This document shows positions 1 through 9,784 of a DNA stretch of 64,000 nucleotides, one piece after another. Made by a program: the position numbers and the translations under genes. Each line of letters opens with the position of its first letter. Within the stretch, counting starts at the first letter, position 1. The notes under the pieces are model-generated. The model saw only the letters and a program-made list of their open reading frames with translations. It was not told the origin of the DNA and did not search any database. The DNA comes from Planctomycetota bacterium (lineage in GTDB: Bacteria; Planctomycetota; UBA11346). The DNA is taken from NCBI GenBank assembly GCA_038213805.1, contig JBBQSO010000012.1, forward strand, positions 1 to 64,000, given 5' to 3'.

Positions 1-22
1 CATTTCGATGTGGCAGGATCTG

Positions 23-439
23 TGCCGCCCGCTCCGCGGGCTCCGATCCGCCTCTCTCAACCGAGGTTCCCAGGGCTCGCGCCCTGGGCTACGATGTGTC
101 GCCCGCTCCGCGGGCTGTGGACAGGACTGCGCTGAAAAGAGGGTCAGTGACCGAGCGCTGCGACATGTGGGTAATGGGGAGGGCTGACGCCCTGGGCTAG
201 TCGATGTCGCCTGCTCCGCAGGCTCAGAAATCGGCAGATTTCCGATTATTATGCGCTGTCGACAGCAGTGGTGGGTAATGGATAGGGCGGCTCACGCCCT
301 GGGCTACGAGATGTCGCCCGCTCCGCGGGCTGCGGACAGGACTGGGCTGACAAGAGGGTCAGTGCCCGAGTGCGGCGACTTGTGGGCAATGTGTAGCGCT
401 CACGCCCTGGGCTCATTTCTTTCGCCTGCGCTGCAGGCT
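23..439. repeat. REP/BIME-like palindromic repeat array, period about 108 bp
   Basis: GCCCTGGGCT-N6-TGTCGCCYGCTCCGCRGGCT-like units start at 81, 189, 296 and 404 (partial unit at 23-42); 81-224 is duplicated at 296-439. Confidence 0.8.
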
Positions 440-485
440 CGTCAGCCCCAATCGCCCACGCACATCCGCTTGCCGTCCCTCGCCG

Positions 486-1916
486 TCAGACGCCTTCGCG
501 CATGTTATACAAACTGCCATCCAGATGGCAGCCGCTCAGCATCTGCATCACGGTCGGGTCCAACGTCGGATCGTGGAGGAGCAGTTCGATCACCTGGTTG
601 GGGTCCGCACCCGGGTCGGTGGCGGTGCGCTCCTCGAAGACCACCGCGGCGGCGAGGATGCGCGCCTCGATGTCCAGGTCCTCCTCCTTGAGGCCTTGCG
701 GGCCGCTGCCGTCCAGGCGCTCGTGGGCGAGGCGTACCAGTGGCAGCAGGGTCTCGAGGTCTTCGACGCTTTCGAGCAGGTTGAGGGCCTTGGCGCGACT
801 CGCCGCGTCGTCGCCGCACAGGCTGTCGAAGTGATGCAGCATGCCGGCCTGGCGCAGGCGCTCGCGGCTGGCGGGGCCCAGGTGGGTCGCATCGGCCAGG
901 GCCACGCACGACCGCGCGCAGCGCTCGCCACAGCCGAGGATGCCGGCGCGGATCTCAAGCGCGCGCACCATGGTGCTCATCACCTGCCACAGCGCTGCGT
1001 GGTGGCGGCGCTGCTGCTCGGCGGCGTGCTGGGCGAGGCCGATCTGGATGGCGCAGGCCGAGATCAGCTCAAGGTCGATCTGGTCGAAGGCGCGCGCGCC
1101 CACGCCACGGCTCAGGTACAGGACGCCGCGGGTGTGGCCGGCGACCGCCAGGGGCACGCAGATCACTGAGCGGATGCCCTTTTGCACGATGCTCGAATGG
1201 CGGTCGAAGCGCTCATCCTCGCTGGCGTTGGCGGTGTGCAGCGCCTTGTTCTCGCTGAAGGTCTTCTTGATGATCGAGCGGCTGATCACCGGCTGGATCT
1301 GCGGCCCGGCGGTGCGCACCGTGGTCGGCACCAGTTTACCGGTGGCGACCTCGCGGCGGAAGATCAGCGCGCTCTCGGCGGGCATCGCGCCGACCAGGCA
1401 GTCGAGGACCTTGGCCTCTTTCTGCGCGCCGTCGTTGGGCTCGCTGACGATGCGTCCGACCTGGTAGAGGATGCGCAGGCTGCGCGCGTTGTCGTGCTGC
1501 GGTTCGTCGTCCTTGATCTCGTCGATGTCGGAGAGCTCGTCGATGCGGAACTCAAGGGTGTTCGAGAGCACGTCGGGGTCATCGTTGTAGGCGATGCGGT
1601 GCGAGCTGTCTTCGTCGGCCAAGGCGGTGCCGCCTTCGAAGATCAGCTCGGTGGTGCCGATCTTGATGACGTCGCCCTCGCGCAGCAGCTCCTCGTCGCC
1701 AAGGCGCTCGTCGTTGACGTAGGTGCCGTTCTTGGACTCCAGGTCGCGCACGAAGTACATGCCGCCGACCGGGAAGATCTCGGCGTGGAAGCGGCTAGCC
1801 GAGCGGTCGAGGATCTGGATGCCGGCTTCGGCGTCGCGGCCGATCGTGAGGGACTTGTCGACCAGGGTCTTCTCGCGCCCGCGGTAGGGTCCGTTGACGA
1901 TGCGGATCTTGCTCAC
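486..1916 (-). CDS. FHA + GAF + degenerate HD-GYP signalling protein
   Basis: FHA motifs IGR, SRFHA, SKNGT; GAF segment RSVICVPL..GVLYL; C-terminal HERLDGSGPQG..EARILA resembling HD-GYP. Confidence 0.85.
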   Translation of the reverse strand: MSKIRIVNGPYRGREKTLVDKSLTIGRDAEAGIQILDRSASRFHAEIFPVGGMYFVRDLESKNGTYVNDERLGDEELLREGDVIKIGTTELIFEGGTALADEDSSHRIAYNDDPDVLSNTLEFRIDELSDIDEIKDDEPQHDNARSLRILYQVGRIVSEPNDGAQKEAKVLDCLVGAMPAESALIFRREVATGKLVPTTVRTAGPQIQPVISRSIIKKTFSENKALHTANASEDERFDRHSSIVQKGIRSVICVPLAVAGHTRGVLYLSRGVGARAFDQIDLELISACAIQIGLAQHAAEQQRRHHAALWQVMSTMVRALEIRAGILGCGERCARSCVALADATHLGPASRERLRQAGMLHHFDSLCGDDAASRAKALNLLESVEDLETLLPLVRLAHERLDGSGPQGLKEEDLDIEARILAAAVVFEERTATDPGADPNQVIELLLHDPTLDPTVMQMLSGCHLDGSLYNMREGV

Positions 1917-1953
1917 GGGCGGGGCCCCGGGGGTGAGGGAGGGCGGAGGCGGG

Positions 1954-2424
1954 TCAACGGAGCTGATCCTCCAGGGCGCCGGCGCGTCCGCCAGCGCCAG
2001 CCGCCTGGCGCGCGCGGCCTGCGGCGGACGCGGTCAGTTCGAGCAGGCGCCAGGCCCCCGCTTCGTCGGGCGCGGCGCGCACCAGACGTTCGGCCGCGGC
2101 GGTGGCCGCGACGTGGTCGCCGGCCAGGTAGGCCTTGGCCGCATCACGGTGCAGGCGGCGCACCAGGGTGCCGTCGAGCGGGCGCACGCGTTCGCTGCGC
2201 CACAGCGCGATGCTGGCGCCGATCGCGAGCAGCGCCCACACCACGGTCGCGGCCAGGGCGCGCTGCCAGGCGGCCGGGTCGTCGCCTTCGACCAACGCCT
2301 GGGCGCCGGCGCTCAGGCAGAGCAGGGCGGGGACCAGGAAGGCCGCGCCAGCGACGGGGCGGCTGCGCAGCAGCAGGCCGGCGCCGGGCAGCAGCGCATT
2401 CAGGGGGATCAGCGCCAGGGACAT
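1954..2424 (-). CDS. Small membrane protein with C-terminal TPR-like helices
   Basis: ATG at 2424 (MSLALIPLNALLPGAG), hydrophobic segments, AYLAGD..AERLVRAAPDEAGAW TPR-like tail. Confidence 0.6.
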   Translation of the reverse strand: MSLALIPLNALLPGAGLLLRSRPVAGAAFLVPALLCLSAGAQALVEGDDPAAWQRALAATVVWALLAIGASIALWRSERVRPLDGTLVRRLHRDAAKAYLAGDHVAATAAAERLVRAAPDEAGAWRLLELTASAAGRARQAAGAGGRAGALEDQLR

Positions 2425-2572
2425 CGGCGAGGATGCTAGGCGGCTGGCCAGCGCCGGCAACGCATCCGGCCGCGATGCCCATGGTTGCCGACCCACGTGC
2501 AACGCTTGGCACGCCCTGTGCCACTCCCACTGCGGACTGGCGCCCACCTGCGCCACTCTGACAGGGGGTTCC

Positions 2573-5155
2573 ATGACGCGTTCCGCTGATGCCGAGGCGC
2601 CGCCCGCCCAGGCCGAGTCCCGCCAGGGCGAGAGCGCCCAGCCCGAGTCCCTGCCGATCGAGGTGGTGGCGGACCGCGACCGCGCCATGTCGCGTCCGGA
2701 CGACCACCTGCCGACGGTGGTGGTGGCCCTGCCGCTCAGCCAGCGGCCGGTATTCCCGAGCATGACGCTGCCGCTGGTCATTCCCGCGGGCCGCCTGGCC
2801 GACGCGGTGCGCGCGGCGATCAAGGACCACGGCGGCCATATCGGCTTCTTCCTGACCCGCGCCGCCCTTGACGACAGCGCCGCCTTCATCTACGCCGATC
2901 TGCTGCCGATCGGCAGCATCGCGCGCGTGGTCAAGCACCATGACCTCGACGGTGGCGGTCTGCAGGTCTTCGCCCAGGTGCTGGCGCGCTTCCACATCGA
3001 CGCCCTTGAGCGCACCGCCCCGGTGCTGCTGGTGCGCGGCGCGGCGGTGCGCCCGCAGGTCGATGCCGCCGATCCGCAGGTGCGTGCCTGCGCCATGGCC
3101 ATCGTCGCCGCGCTCAAGGAACTGGTGCAGCACAATCCGATCTTCGCTGACGAGATCCGCATGGTGCTGGCGAACTTCAACAACATCGACGGGCCGGGCC
3201 GGCTCGCCGACATCGCGGCGTCGCTGACCACCGCCAAGCGCGAGGACATCCAGCAGGTGCTTGAGACCTACGAGGTGGTGCCGCGCATGGAGAAGGTCCT
3301 GCTGCTGCTGGCGCGCGAGCAGCAGCTGGCGCAGATGAAATCCAAGATCACCCATCAGATCGAGGAGAAGGTCAGCGACCACCAGCGGCGCTTCTTCCTC
3401 AACGAGCAGCTCAAGTCGATCAAGCAGGAGCTTGGCCTGGAGAGCGACGACAAAAGCCTCGACCTGCAGCGCTTCCGCGCAGTGCTCGCCGAAAAGGGCA
3501 CGGCGATGAGCGAGGAGGTGCGCGGGGTGATGGAGGAGGAGCTGCGCAAGCTCGCCCTGCTCGATCCCGCGGCCAACGAATACGGGGTGGTGCGCACGCG
3601 CCTGGAATGGCTCAGCGACCTGCCCTGGGGCGTGGTCACGCCCGACCAGCTCGACCTCGCACAGCTGCGCGCGGGCCTTGACCAGGACCACTACGGGCTG
3701 GAGGAGATCAAGCAGCGCATCATCGAGTTCTGCGCGGTGCGCCGGCTGAAGGCCGAGCGCGGCGGGGGCATCATCGCCCTGGTCGGACCGCCCGGGACCG
3801 GGAAGACCTCGGTGGGCGCGTCGATCGCGCGTCAGCTCGGACGCAAGTTCTTCCGCCTGTCGCTGGGCGGCATGCGCGACGAGGCCGAGATCAAGGGCCA
3901 CCGCCGCACCTACGTGGGCGCGCTGCCCGGCAAGCTCGCTCAGGCGCTGCGCCGCGCCGGCGCGATGAACCCGGTGATCCTGCTCGACGAGATCGACAAG
4001 CTCGCCAGCGGCCACCAGGGCGACCCGGCGGCGGCGTTGCTTGAAGTCCTCGACCCCGAGCAGAACAAGGACTTCCTCGACCATTACCTGGACGTGCGCA
4101 TCGATCTGTCGCAGGTGCTGTTCATCTGCACCGCCAACGAGCTCTCGGGCATCCCCGAGCCGTTGCGCGACCGCATGGAGATCATGCGCCTGTCCGGCTA
4201 CGTCGAGGCCGAGAAGCTGGTCATCGCCCATGACCACCTGGTGCCGAAGCAGCTCGCCGCCCATGGCCTGGCGCGTGGCGACCTGACCTTCACCCGCGCC
4301 GGGCTTGGGCGCCTGGTGCGCGACTACGCGCGCGAGGCGGGCGTGCGCCAGCTCGAGCAGCAGGTCGCGCGCATCTGCCGCAAGGTCGCGACCGCGAAGG
4401 CCGCGGCGGGCGGCGGGCCCGTGGCTGCCGGCACACGCCGGCGCCCGACCGGTGCCAAAGGCAAGGCCAAGGCGGGCGCGCCACGTGCGCCCGCGCGCGT
4501 GGTCATCGGCGCCGACAATCTCGTGCCGTGGCTGGGCAAGCCACTGATGCGCGACGACGCGCTGATCGTCAATCCCATTCCGGGCGTGGTCACCGGCCTG
4601 GCGTGGACGGCCATGGGCGGCGCCACCCTCGAGATCGAGGTGGTGGCGAATCCCAGCGCCAGCGGCGGGCTGACCCTCACCGGCCAGCTCGGCGACGTCA
4701 TGAAGGAGAGCGCGACCCTGGCGCGCGCCCACCTGATGAGCCAAGCGGCGCGCCTGGGCGTGGAGGGCGGCTGGTTCGACCGGCACCAGGTGCACGTGCA
4801 CGTGCCGGCCGGGGCCACGCCCAAGGACGGACCGAGCGCGGGTTGCGCGATCGCCACCGCGCTGCTCTCGCTCGCCCTCGGCCGCCCGGTGAAGCGCCGC
4901 CTGGGCATGACCGGCGAGCTGACGCTGACCGGCCGCGTCTACCCGATCGGCGGGGTGCGCGAGAAGCTGGTCGCGGCCAAGCGCTCGGGCCTGACCACGG
5001 TGCTGCTGCCGCGCGCCAATGAGCGCGACTACGACGAGCTGCCGCAGCACGTGCGCGCGGGGCTGGAGGTGGTCTTCGTCGCGACCCTCGACGAGGTGCT
5101 GGCGCACGCCGGGTTGGGCGCGGGCAAGGCGCGCGCGGCGGCCTTAGCGCGTTGA
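2573..5155 (+). CDS. lon: ATP-dependent Lon protease
   Basis: Lon N-domain (RPVFP), Walker A GPPGTGKTS, HRRTYVGALPG, Walker B LLDEIDK, catalytic PKDGPSAG; start could also be about 2687. Confidence 0.97.
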   Translation: MTRSADAEAPPAQAESRQGESAQPESLPIEVVADRDRAMSRPDDHLPTVVVALPLSQRPVFPSMTLPLVIPAGRLADAVRAAIKDHGGHIGFFLTRAALDDSAAFIYADLLPIGSIARVVKHHDLDGGGLQVFAQVLARFHIDALERTAPVLLVRGAAVRPQVDAADPQVRACAMAIVAALKELVQHNPIFADEIRMVLANFNNIDGPGRLADIAASLTTAKREDIQQVLETYEVVPRMEKVLLLLAREQQLAQMKSKITHQIEEKVSDHQRRFFLNEQLKSIKQELGLESDDKSLDLQRFRAVLAEKGTAMSEEVRGVMEEELRKLALLDPAANEYGVVRTRLEWLSDLPWGVVTPDQLDLAQLRAGLDQDHYGLEEIKQRIIEFCAVRRLKAERGGGIIALVGPPGTGKTSVGASIARQLGRKFFRLSLGGMRDEAEIKGHRRTYVGALPGKLAQALRRAGAMNPVILLDEIDKLASGHQGDPAAALLEVLDPEQNKDFLDHYLDVRIDLSQVLFICTANELSGIPEPLRDRMEIMRLSGYVEAEKLVIAHDHLVPKQLAAHGLARGDLTFTRAGLGRLVRDYAREAGVRQLEQQVARICRKVATAKAAAGGGPVAAGTRRRPTGAKGKAKAGAPRAPARVVIGADNLVPWLGKPLMRDDALIVNPIPGVVTGLAWTAMGGATLEIEVVANPSASGGLTLTGQLGDVMKESATLARAHLMSQAARLGVEGGWFDRHQVHVHVPAGATPKDGPSAGCAIATALLSLALGRPVKRRLGMTGELTLTGRVYPIGGVREKLVAAKRSGLTTVLLPRANERDYDELPQHVRAGLEVVFVATLDEVLAHAGLGAGKARAAALAR

Positions 5156-8100
5156 TCAGCTCTCGCCGGCGAGGGCGGCCAGGGTCGCGTCGACGAGCGG
5201 CGCGAGCCCGCCGCCGAAGGTGGCGAGCTGAGCCTGATCGCCCGCGCGCGCCGCCTGCTCCAGCGCCGTGGCGTGGTGGGCGAGGCGCAGCGCGCCCATG
5301 CCCAGGCTGGCGCCGCGCAGCTGGTGGGCGAGGCGGCCGGCGCGTGGAACGTCATGGGCGGCGAGGGCGACGGCGAATTGACTGGCGAGTTGCGGCGCCT
5401 CGGTGCGGAAGGCGGTCAGGATCGTGGTCATGATCTCCGCGTCGGCGATCTCGCTGCGCAGCCGCACAAGGGTGGGATGGTCGATCAGCGGGGGCGCGGG
5501 GGGTTCTGCCGTCGGCGCGATCGGCACCGGCGGCGCTGGCGCAGCAGCAGCAGCTGCTGCTGGTGCTGCCGCTGGCTGAACTGCCGCCGCCGGTGCCACG
5601 CCATCCGCCGCGCCCTGGCGCACCGGCAGCCAGCGCGCCAGGGCGCGCTCCAGCCGTTCGAGCTGCACCGGCTTGGCCAGGTAATCGTCCATGCCCGCCT
5701 CCAGGCATTGCTCGCGGTCCCCGGCCATGGCGTTGGCGGTCATCGCCACCACCGGCATGCGCGGCCCTACGGCGCTGCGCTCGCGTTCGCGCAGCGCGCG
5801 CGTCGCGGCATACCCGTCCATGACCGGCATCTGGCAGTCCATCAGCACCAGATCGAAGCCGCCGCCGGCGAGCGTGTCGAGCGCCGCCTTGCCGTCCGCA
5901 ACCAGGGTGACGGTCAGGCCGAGGCGCGTCAGCAGGGCCTGGGCAAGGCGCTGGTTGACCGCGTTGTCTTCGGCGACCAGCACGTGTCCCGCCAGACGCG
6001 CGCTGGCGGCCTGCGGCAGCGTCGTGCGCGCCGGCGCGGCGCCGCTCAGCGCCGCGTCGGCGGCAAGCCGCAGCAGATGTGCGCGCGGCGGCTTGACCAC
6101 GCAGCGCACGCGGCCCGATGCGGCCAGCGCGGCGGACGGTTCCGCGCGGTCGACGGGGGCGAGCAGCACCACCCGGGTGGCGTCAAGCAACGGGTCGGCC
6201 GCGACCGCCTGGGCCAGCGCTGCGCCATCCATCACGGGCATGCCGAGGTCGGCGACCAGCAGCCGGAAAGGCATCCCGCTCTGGCTGGCGGCGCGCAGCG
6301 TGCGCAGGGCCTCGGCGGCGTCGGCCGCGGCGGTGCAGCGCGCGCCCCAGCCCGCGAACAACTCACCGAGCAGCGCGCGCGCGCCGGCGTGGTCGTCGAC
6401 CACCAGCACCGAGACCCCGGCGAGATCAGGGCCGGTGGGCGCAGCGGCAATCGGGGCGGCGGGCAGGCGCATGGTGCAGCGGAAGGTGCTGCCCGCGCCG
6501 GCCACGCTCTCGACCGCGATGGTGCCGCCCATCAATTCGACCAGGCGCTTGCTGATCGCCAGGCCCAGGCCGGTGCCGCCGTAGCGCCGGGTGGTCGAGC
6601 TGTCCGCTTGGCTGAACGACTGGAACAGCCGCGGCAGCGCATGCGCGGGGATGCCGATGCCGGTGTCGCGCACCGCGCAGGCGACGAGCCCCTCGCGGTC
6701 GGTGGCGACGCTCACCTCGATCTCGCCGGCGGCGGTGAACTTGACGGCGTTGCCAAGCAGGTTGATCAGCACCTGGCGCAGGCGCACCGGCTCGCCGCGC
6801 ACCTGCGCCGGCACCCCGGGGGCGAAGCGGCAGAGCAGCTCCAGGCCCTTGGCCTGGGCGCGGTCGGCGACCAGGGCGATGGCGTCCTCGACCACCGCGC
6901 GCAGCTCGAAGTCGACGCTCTCCAGCTCCAGTCGCCCGGCCTCGATCTTCGAGAAGTCGAGGATGTCGTCGATGATCGTCAGCAGGCCGTCGGCGCAGCC
7001 GCGCACGGTCTCCAGCAGGGTGCGCTGATGGGCGTCCAGCGCGGTCACGGCAAGCAGCCCGGCCATGCCGATCACGCCGTTCATCGGCGTGCGGATCTCG
7101 TGACTCATGTTGGCGAGGAAGTCGGACTTGGCGCGGTTGGCCGCCTCCGCCGCCTGGCGCGCTTCGACCAGCGCGTTGATGGTGTCGGTGACCATGATGA
7201 TGCCGCCGACGGCGCCGTCGACGTCGCGCCACGGATGGATCGCCCAGCGCAGCCACAGCACGGTCCCGTCCGGGCGTGTGAAGGCCTCCTCACTGCACGC
7301 CAGGCGCTCGCCGGCGAGGCAGCGTCGGTGCAGGTCGCGCCAGGCCTGCGGGATCTCGGAGAAGACCTCGTAGTGGCTGAGTCCGGCGAGGTCGCGGTCG
7401 CCCAGGGAATAGTCCTCGAGCCACTTGCCGCTCCAGCTCAGGTAGCGCATGTCGCGGTCGAGCATGGCGATGGCGATCGGTGCGTCGGCGACCACCTGGC
7501 GGAAGCGGTCGTGCGCACGCTGCAGCTGTTCCTGCGCGCGCTTGCGCTCGCTGATGTCGTGGATCACGCCGCTGAAGAAGCGCGCGCCTTGGGTCTCCCA
7601 CGTGGCCAGCGTCAGCTCGATGGGGAACTCGCTGCCGTCGCGGCGCAGGCCGACCAGCTCGACCGGGCGCCCGACCAGGGTCGAGACGCCGGTCGCCGCG
7701 ACGCGCGCCAGGCCGGCCTGGTGCGCGGGCCGGAAGCGCTCTGGCATCAGCAGATTCAACGGCAGGCCGACGATCTCGGACTCGTTGTAGCCGAAGATCG
7801 CCTGGGCGCCCTGGTTCCACGACAGCACCATGCCGCCGGTGTCGGTGTGCAGGATCGCCGCCCCGGCCGATTGCATCACGCCACGCAGGCGCGCCTCCGA
7901 GGCGGCCAGCGCGGCGGTGGCGCGCGTGCGCTCGGCGAGTTCGCCCTCGACTGAGGCGGTGGCCGCGGCGATGCGCCGCTGCAGTTCGCCGCTGTGCACC
8001 AGCAGGCCGGCGGTGAGCGGGCTGACCAGCAGGTAGAGGCCGCCCGCCCCTAGCGCGATCAGCCCGGCGACGCAGCTCATGATCAGCGCGAACTGCTGAT

Positions 8101-9586
8101 TGATGCCGTCAAAGACCTCGCCCGCGGGCAGGCGCGCGACGATCGCCAGGCCGCTCGCGGGCACCGGCGCGTAGGCGGCGAGCACCGGATTGGTGGTACT
8201 GAGATCAGCGGTGAGCGCGCCGGAACCCTCGGTCAGCGCCAAGCGGACTGCCTGGAGCGCGAGTGGCCCCGCGTCGCCGGCGTGGGCGACGAGGTGGCCG
8301 GCGCCATCCGCCTCCCACAGCGCGCCGCCGCCTGCGCTCGCGAGGTAGACCGTGCCGCCACCGCCCAGCCCGTCGCGGTCGGCGAGGATGGCGGCCAGGC
8401 GCGCGCAGCCGATGGTGACCAGCTCGGTGCCGCGGCGCGGCTCGCCCGCGCGGCCGGACAACAGCGGCACGACGACCACCAGCACCGCACCGCCGGGCGC
8501 GGCGAACGGGCCGCGGACATCTGCCTGGCCAGCCTGCTCGAAATTGATGGTGTCTGGCGGCGCGTCCCCGATCTGCAGCAGCAGCGCCCCGTCAGCCTGC
8601 ATGCAGCGGATGCCGCGGATCTCGGGCGTGGCGCGGACCGCCTCGCCCAGCGTGCCCTGCAGCGCCGCGACCGCCTGTTCGCGGCTGACGGTGCCGTCGG
8701 CCAGGCCGTCGAGGGCGCGTCGCGGAGTCATGCGCGAGGCGATCTGCGCGGCCAGAATGCGCGCCGAGTCGAGTTGGCCGGCGCACCCGCTGGCGCGGGC
8801 GCGCACCGTACCGAGCAGCGCCTGGCGCTCGCCCTGCTGGACGCGCACGTACATCGGCAGCGCCGCCAGCACGGCGCTGAAGGCGGCGATCAGGCCGGTG
8901 CCGAACACCGCGCTCGCGAGGATCGAACGGCGTAGGTCAGCGATGTCCAGCGGGCGCGTGATGTGCAGGGCGACGATGCGCGCGAGCAGGCTGCCGCCGC
9001 TAATGATGAAGCACACGGCGGTGTGCAGGGCCAGACGGGTGAAATTCCCCCAGCCATAGGTCGAGGGCAGGTCGAGCAAGTAACCGAGGAGCGCCAACAT
9101 GCCGATCGCCAGCACCAGCGCGCCGACGATGGCGCCGCCGAGCAGGTGCGCACCGCCGGGCCGGGGGCGCGCCAGGGTGACCAGCCCGCAGCCCATCAGG
9201 ACCATGCCGCAGGCGGTCGCCGGGGCCATGCGCCCGGGCGTGTAGACCCCGCTCGACACCCACGGTTCGAAGAACAGGCGGTCGATCCCGAGATCCCAGC
9301 CACCCATGACCTGGCTGAGGGTGAGCGCACCCAGAGCCCCGACCAGGCTGCCGAGGCAGGCGGCGGCGCGCCAGCGTGCGGTGGCGAGCGCGAGCACCCC
9401 CAGGCCGCAGCCCAGGAGCGCGAGCGCGGTGTTGTACTGCATCGGCACGTAATCCGGCAGGAGCGAGATCAGCGTCCGGTTGTGCAGGTACCAGCCGCTG
9501 ATCACCACCACGGCGATCGCCACCAGCAAGGCGCCGCCAAGCAGCTGCAGTGGGCGCGCGAGCCGCGGGAAGGTGGTTCTCAGCAT
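5156..9586 (-). CDS. Membrane hybrid sensor histidine kinase (PAS x2, HisKA, HATPase, REC x2, Hpt)
   Basis: Multiple N-terminal TM segments, FLANMSHEIRTPMNG, NLLGNAVKFT, GGTGLGL, LMDCQMPVMDG, Hpt AHQLRGAS; start chosen at MLRTT. Confidence 0.95.
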   Translation of the reverse strand: MLRTTFPRLARPLQLLGGALLVAIAVVVISGWYLHNRTLISLLPDYVPMQYNTALALLGCGLGVLALATARWRAAACLGSLVGALGALTLSQVMGGWDLGIDRLFFEPWVSSGVYTPGRMAPATACGMVLMGCGLVTLARPRPGGAHLLGGAIVGALVLAIGMLALLGYLLDLPSTYGWGNFTRLALHTAVCFIISGGSLLARIVALHITRPLDIADLRRSILASAVFGTGLIAAFSAVLAALPMYVRVQQGERQALLGTVRARASGCAGQLDSARILAAQIASRMTPRRALDGLADGTVSREQAVAALQGTLGEAVRATPEIRGIRCMQADGALLLQIGDAPPDTINFEQAGQADVRGPFAAPGGAVLVVVVPLLSGRAGEPRRGTELVTIGCARLAAILADRDGLGGGGTVYLASAGGGALWEADGAGHLVAHAGDAGPLALQAVRLALTEGSGALTADLSTTNPVLAAYAPVPASGLAIVARLPAGEVFDGINQQFALIMSCVAGLIALGAGGLYLLVSPLTAGLLVHSGELQRRIAAATASVEGELAERTRATAALAASEARLRGVMQSAGAAILHTDTGGMVLSWNQGAQAIFGYNESEIVGLPLNLLMPERFRPAHQAGLARVAATGVSTLVGRPVELVGLRRDGSEFPIELTLATWETQGARFFSGVIHDISERKRAQEQLQRAHDRFRQVVADAPIAIAMLDRDMRYLSWSGKWLEDYSLGDRDLAGLSHYEVFSEIPQAWRDLHRRCLAGERLACSEEAFTRPDGTVLWLRWAIHPWRDVDGAVGGIIMVTDTINALVEARQAAEAANRAKSDFLANMSHEIRTPMNGVIGMAGLLAVTALDAHQRTLLETVRGCADGLLTIIDDILDFSKIEAGRLELESVDFELRAVVEDAIALVADRAQAKGLELLCRFAPGVPAQVRGEPVRLRQVLINLLGNAVKFTAAGEIEVSVATDREGLVACAVRDTGIGIPAHALPRLFQSFSQADSSTTRRYGGTGLGLAISKRLVELMGGTIAVESVAGAGSTFRCTMRLPAAPIAAAPTGPDLAGVSVLVVDDHAGARALLGELFAGWGARCTAAADAAEALRTLRAASQSGMPFRLLVADLGMPVMDGAALAQAVAADPLLDATRVVLLAPVDRAEPSAALAASGRVRCVVKPPRAHLLRLAADAALSGAAPARTTLPQAASARLAGHVLVAEDNAVNQRLAQALLTRLGLTVTLVADGKAALDTLAGGGFDLVLMDCQMPVMDGYAATRALRERERSAVGPRMPVVAMTANAMAGDREQCLEAGMDDYLAKPVQLERLERALARWLPVRQGAADGVAPAAAVQPAAAPAAAAAAAPAPPVPIAPTAEPPAPPLIDHPTLVRLRSEIADAEIMTTILTAFRTEAPQLASQFAVALAAHDVPRAGRLAHQLRGASLGMGALRLAHHATALEQAARAGDQAQLATFGGGLAPLVDATLAALAGES

Positions 9587-9784
9587 GCGCGCTCCGCCGC
9601 CGGGACGCGATCGGAACTGCCGATCCCGCCACCTGGGCAACGTCCAGCATACCATGGACTTGCGCACCCCGCCAGCAGGGCCCAGCGGGTGCTGTCGAGC
9701 CGCTACTCTACCCTTTGGGAGAACCGCAGAACCCGCCAGTACGTTACCACGCCACGGGTTCGAGCGGAATCTGGAAACCCGGCC

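Noticed and set aside
23..439. CRISPR array
   Set aside because: Spacers are about 70 bp and two are homologous, repeats are degenerate, and no cas genes are in the window.
251..691. 146-aa plus-strand ORF
   Set aside because: Runs through the repeat array and overlaps the 3' end of the FHA gene; no protein-like features.
4395..4500. Intein or frameshift in lon
   Set aside because: Only a short in-frame Ala/Lys/Arg-rich low-complexity linker with no splicing motifs.
2144..5107. Long antisense ORFs (also 14048-16972, 17054-19429, 47888-50446, 5273-7954)
   Set aside because: Shadow frames of well-supported genes in GC-rich DNA, with no motifs of their own.
9660..9784. SRP RNA (ffs) or 6S RNA next to ftsY
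   Set aside because: The SRP domain IV motif (CAGG..GGAA..AGCAG) is absent on both strands and I could not build a 6S-like long rod.
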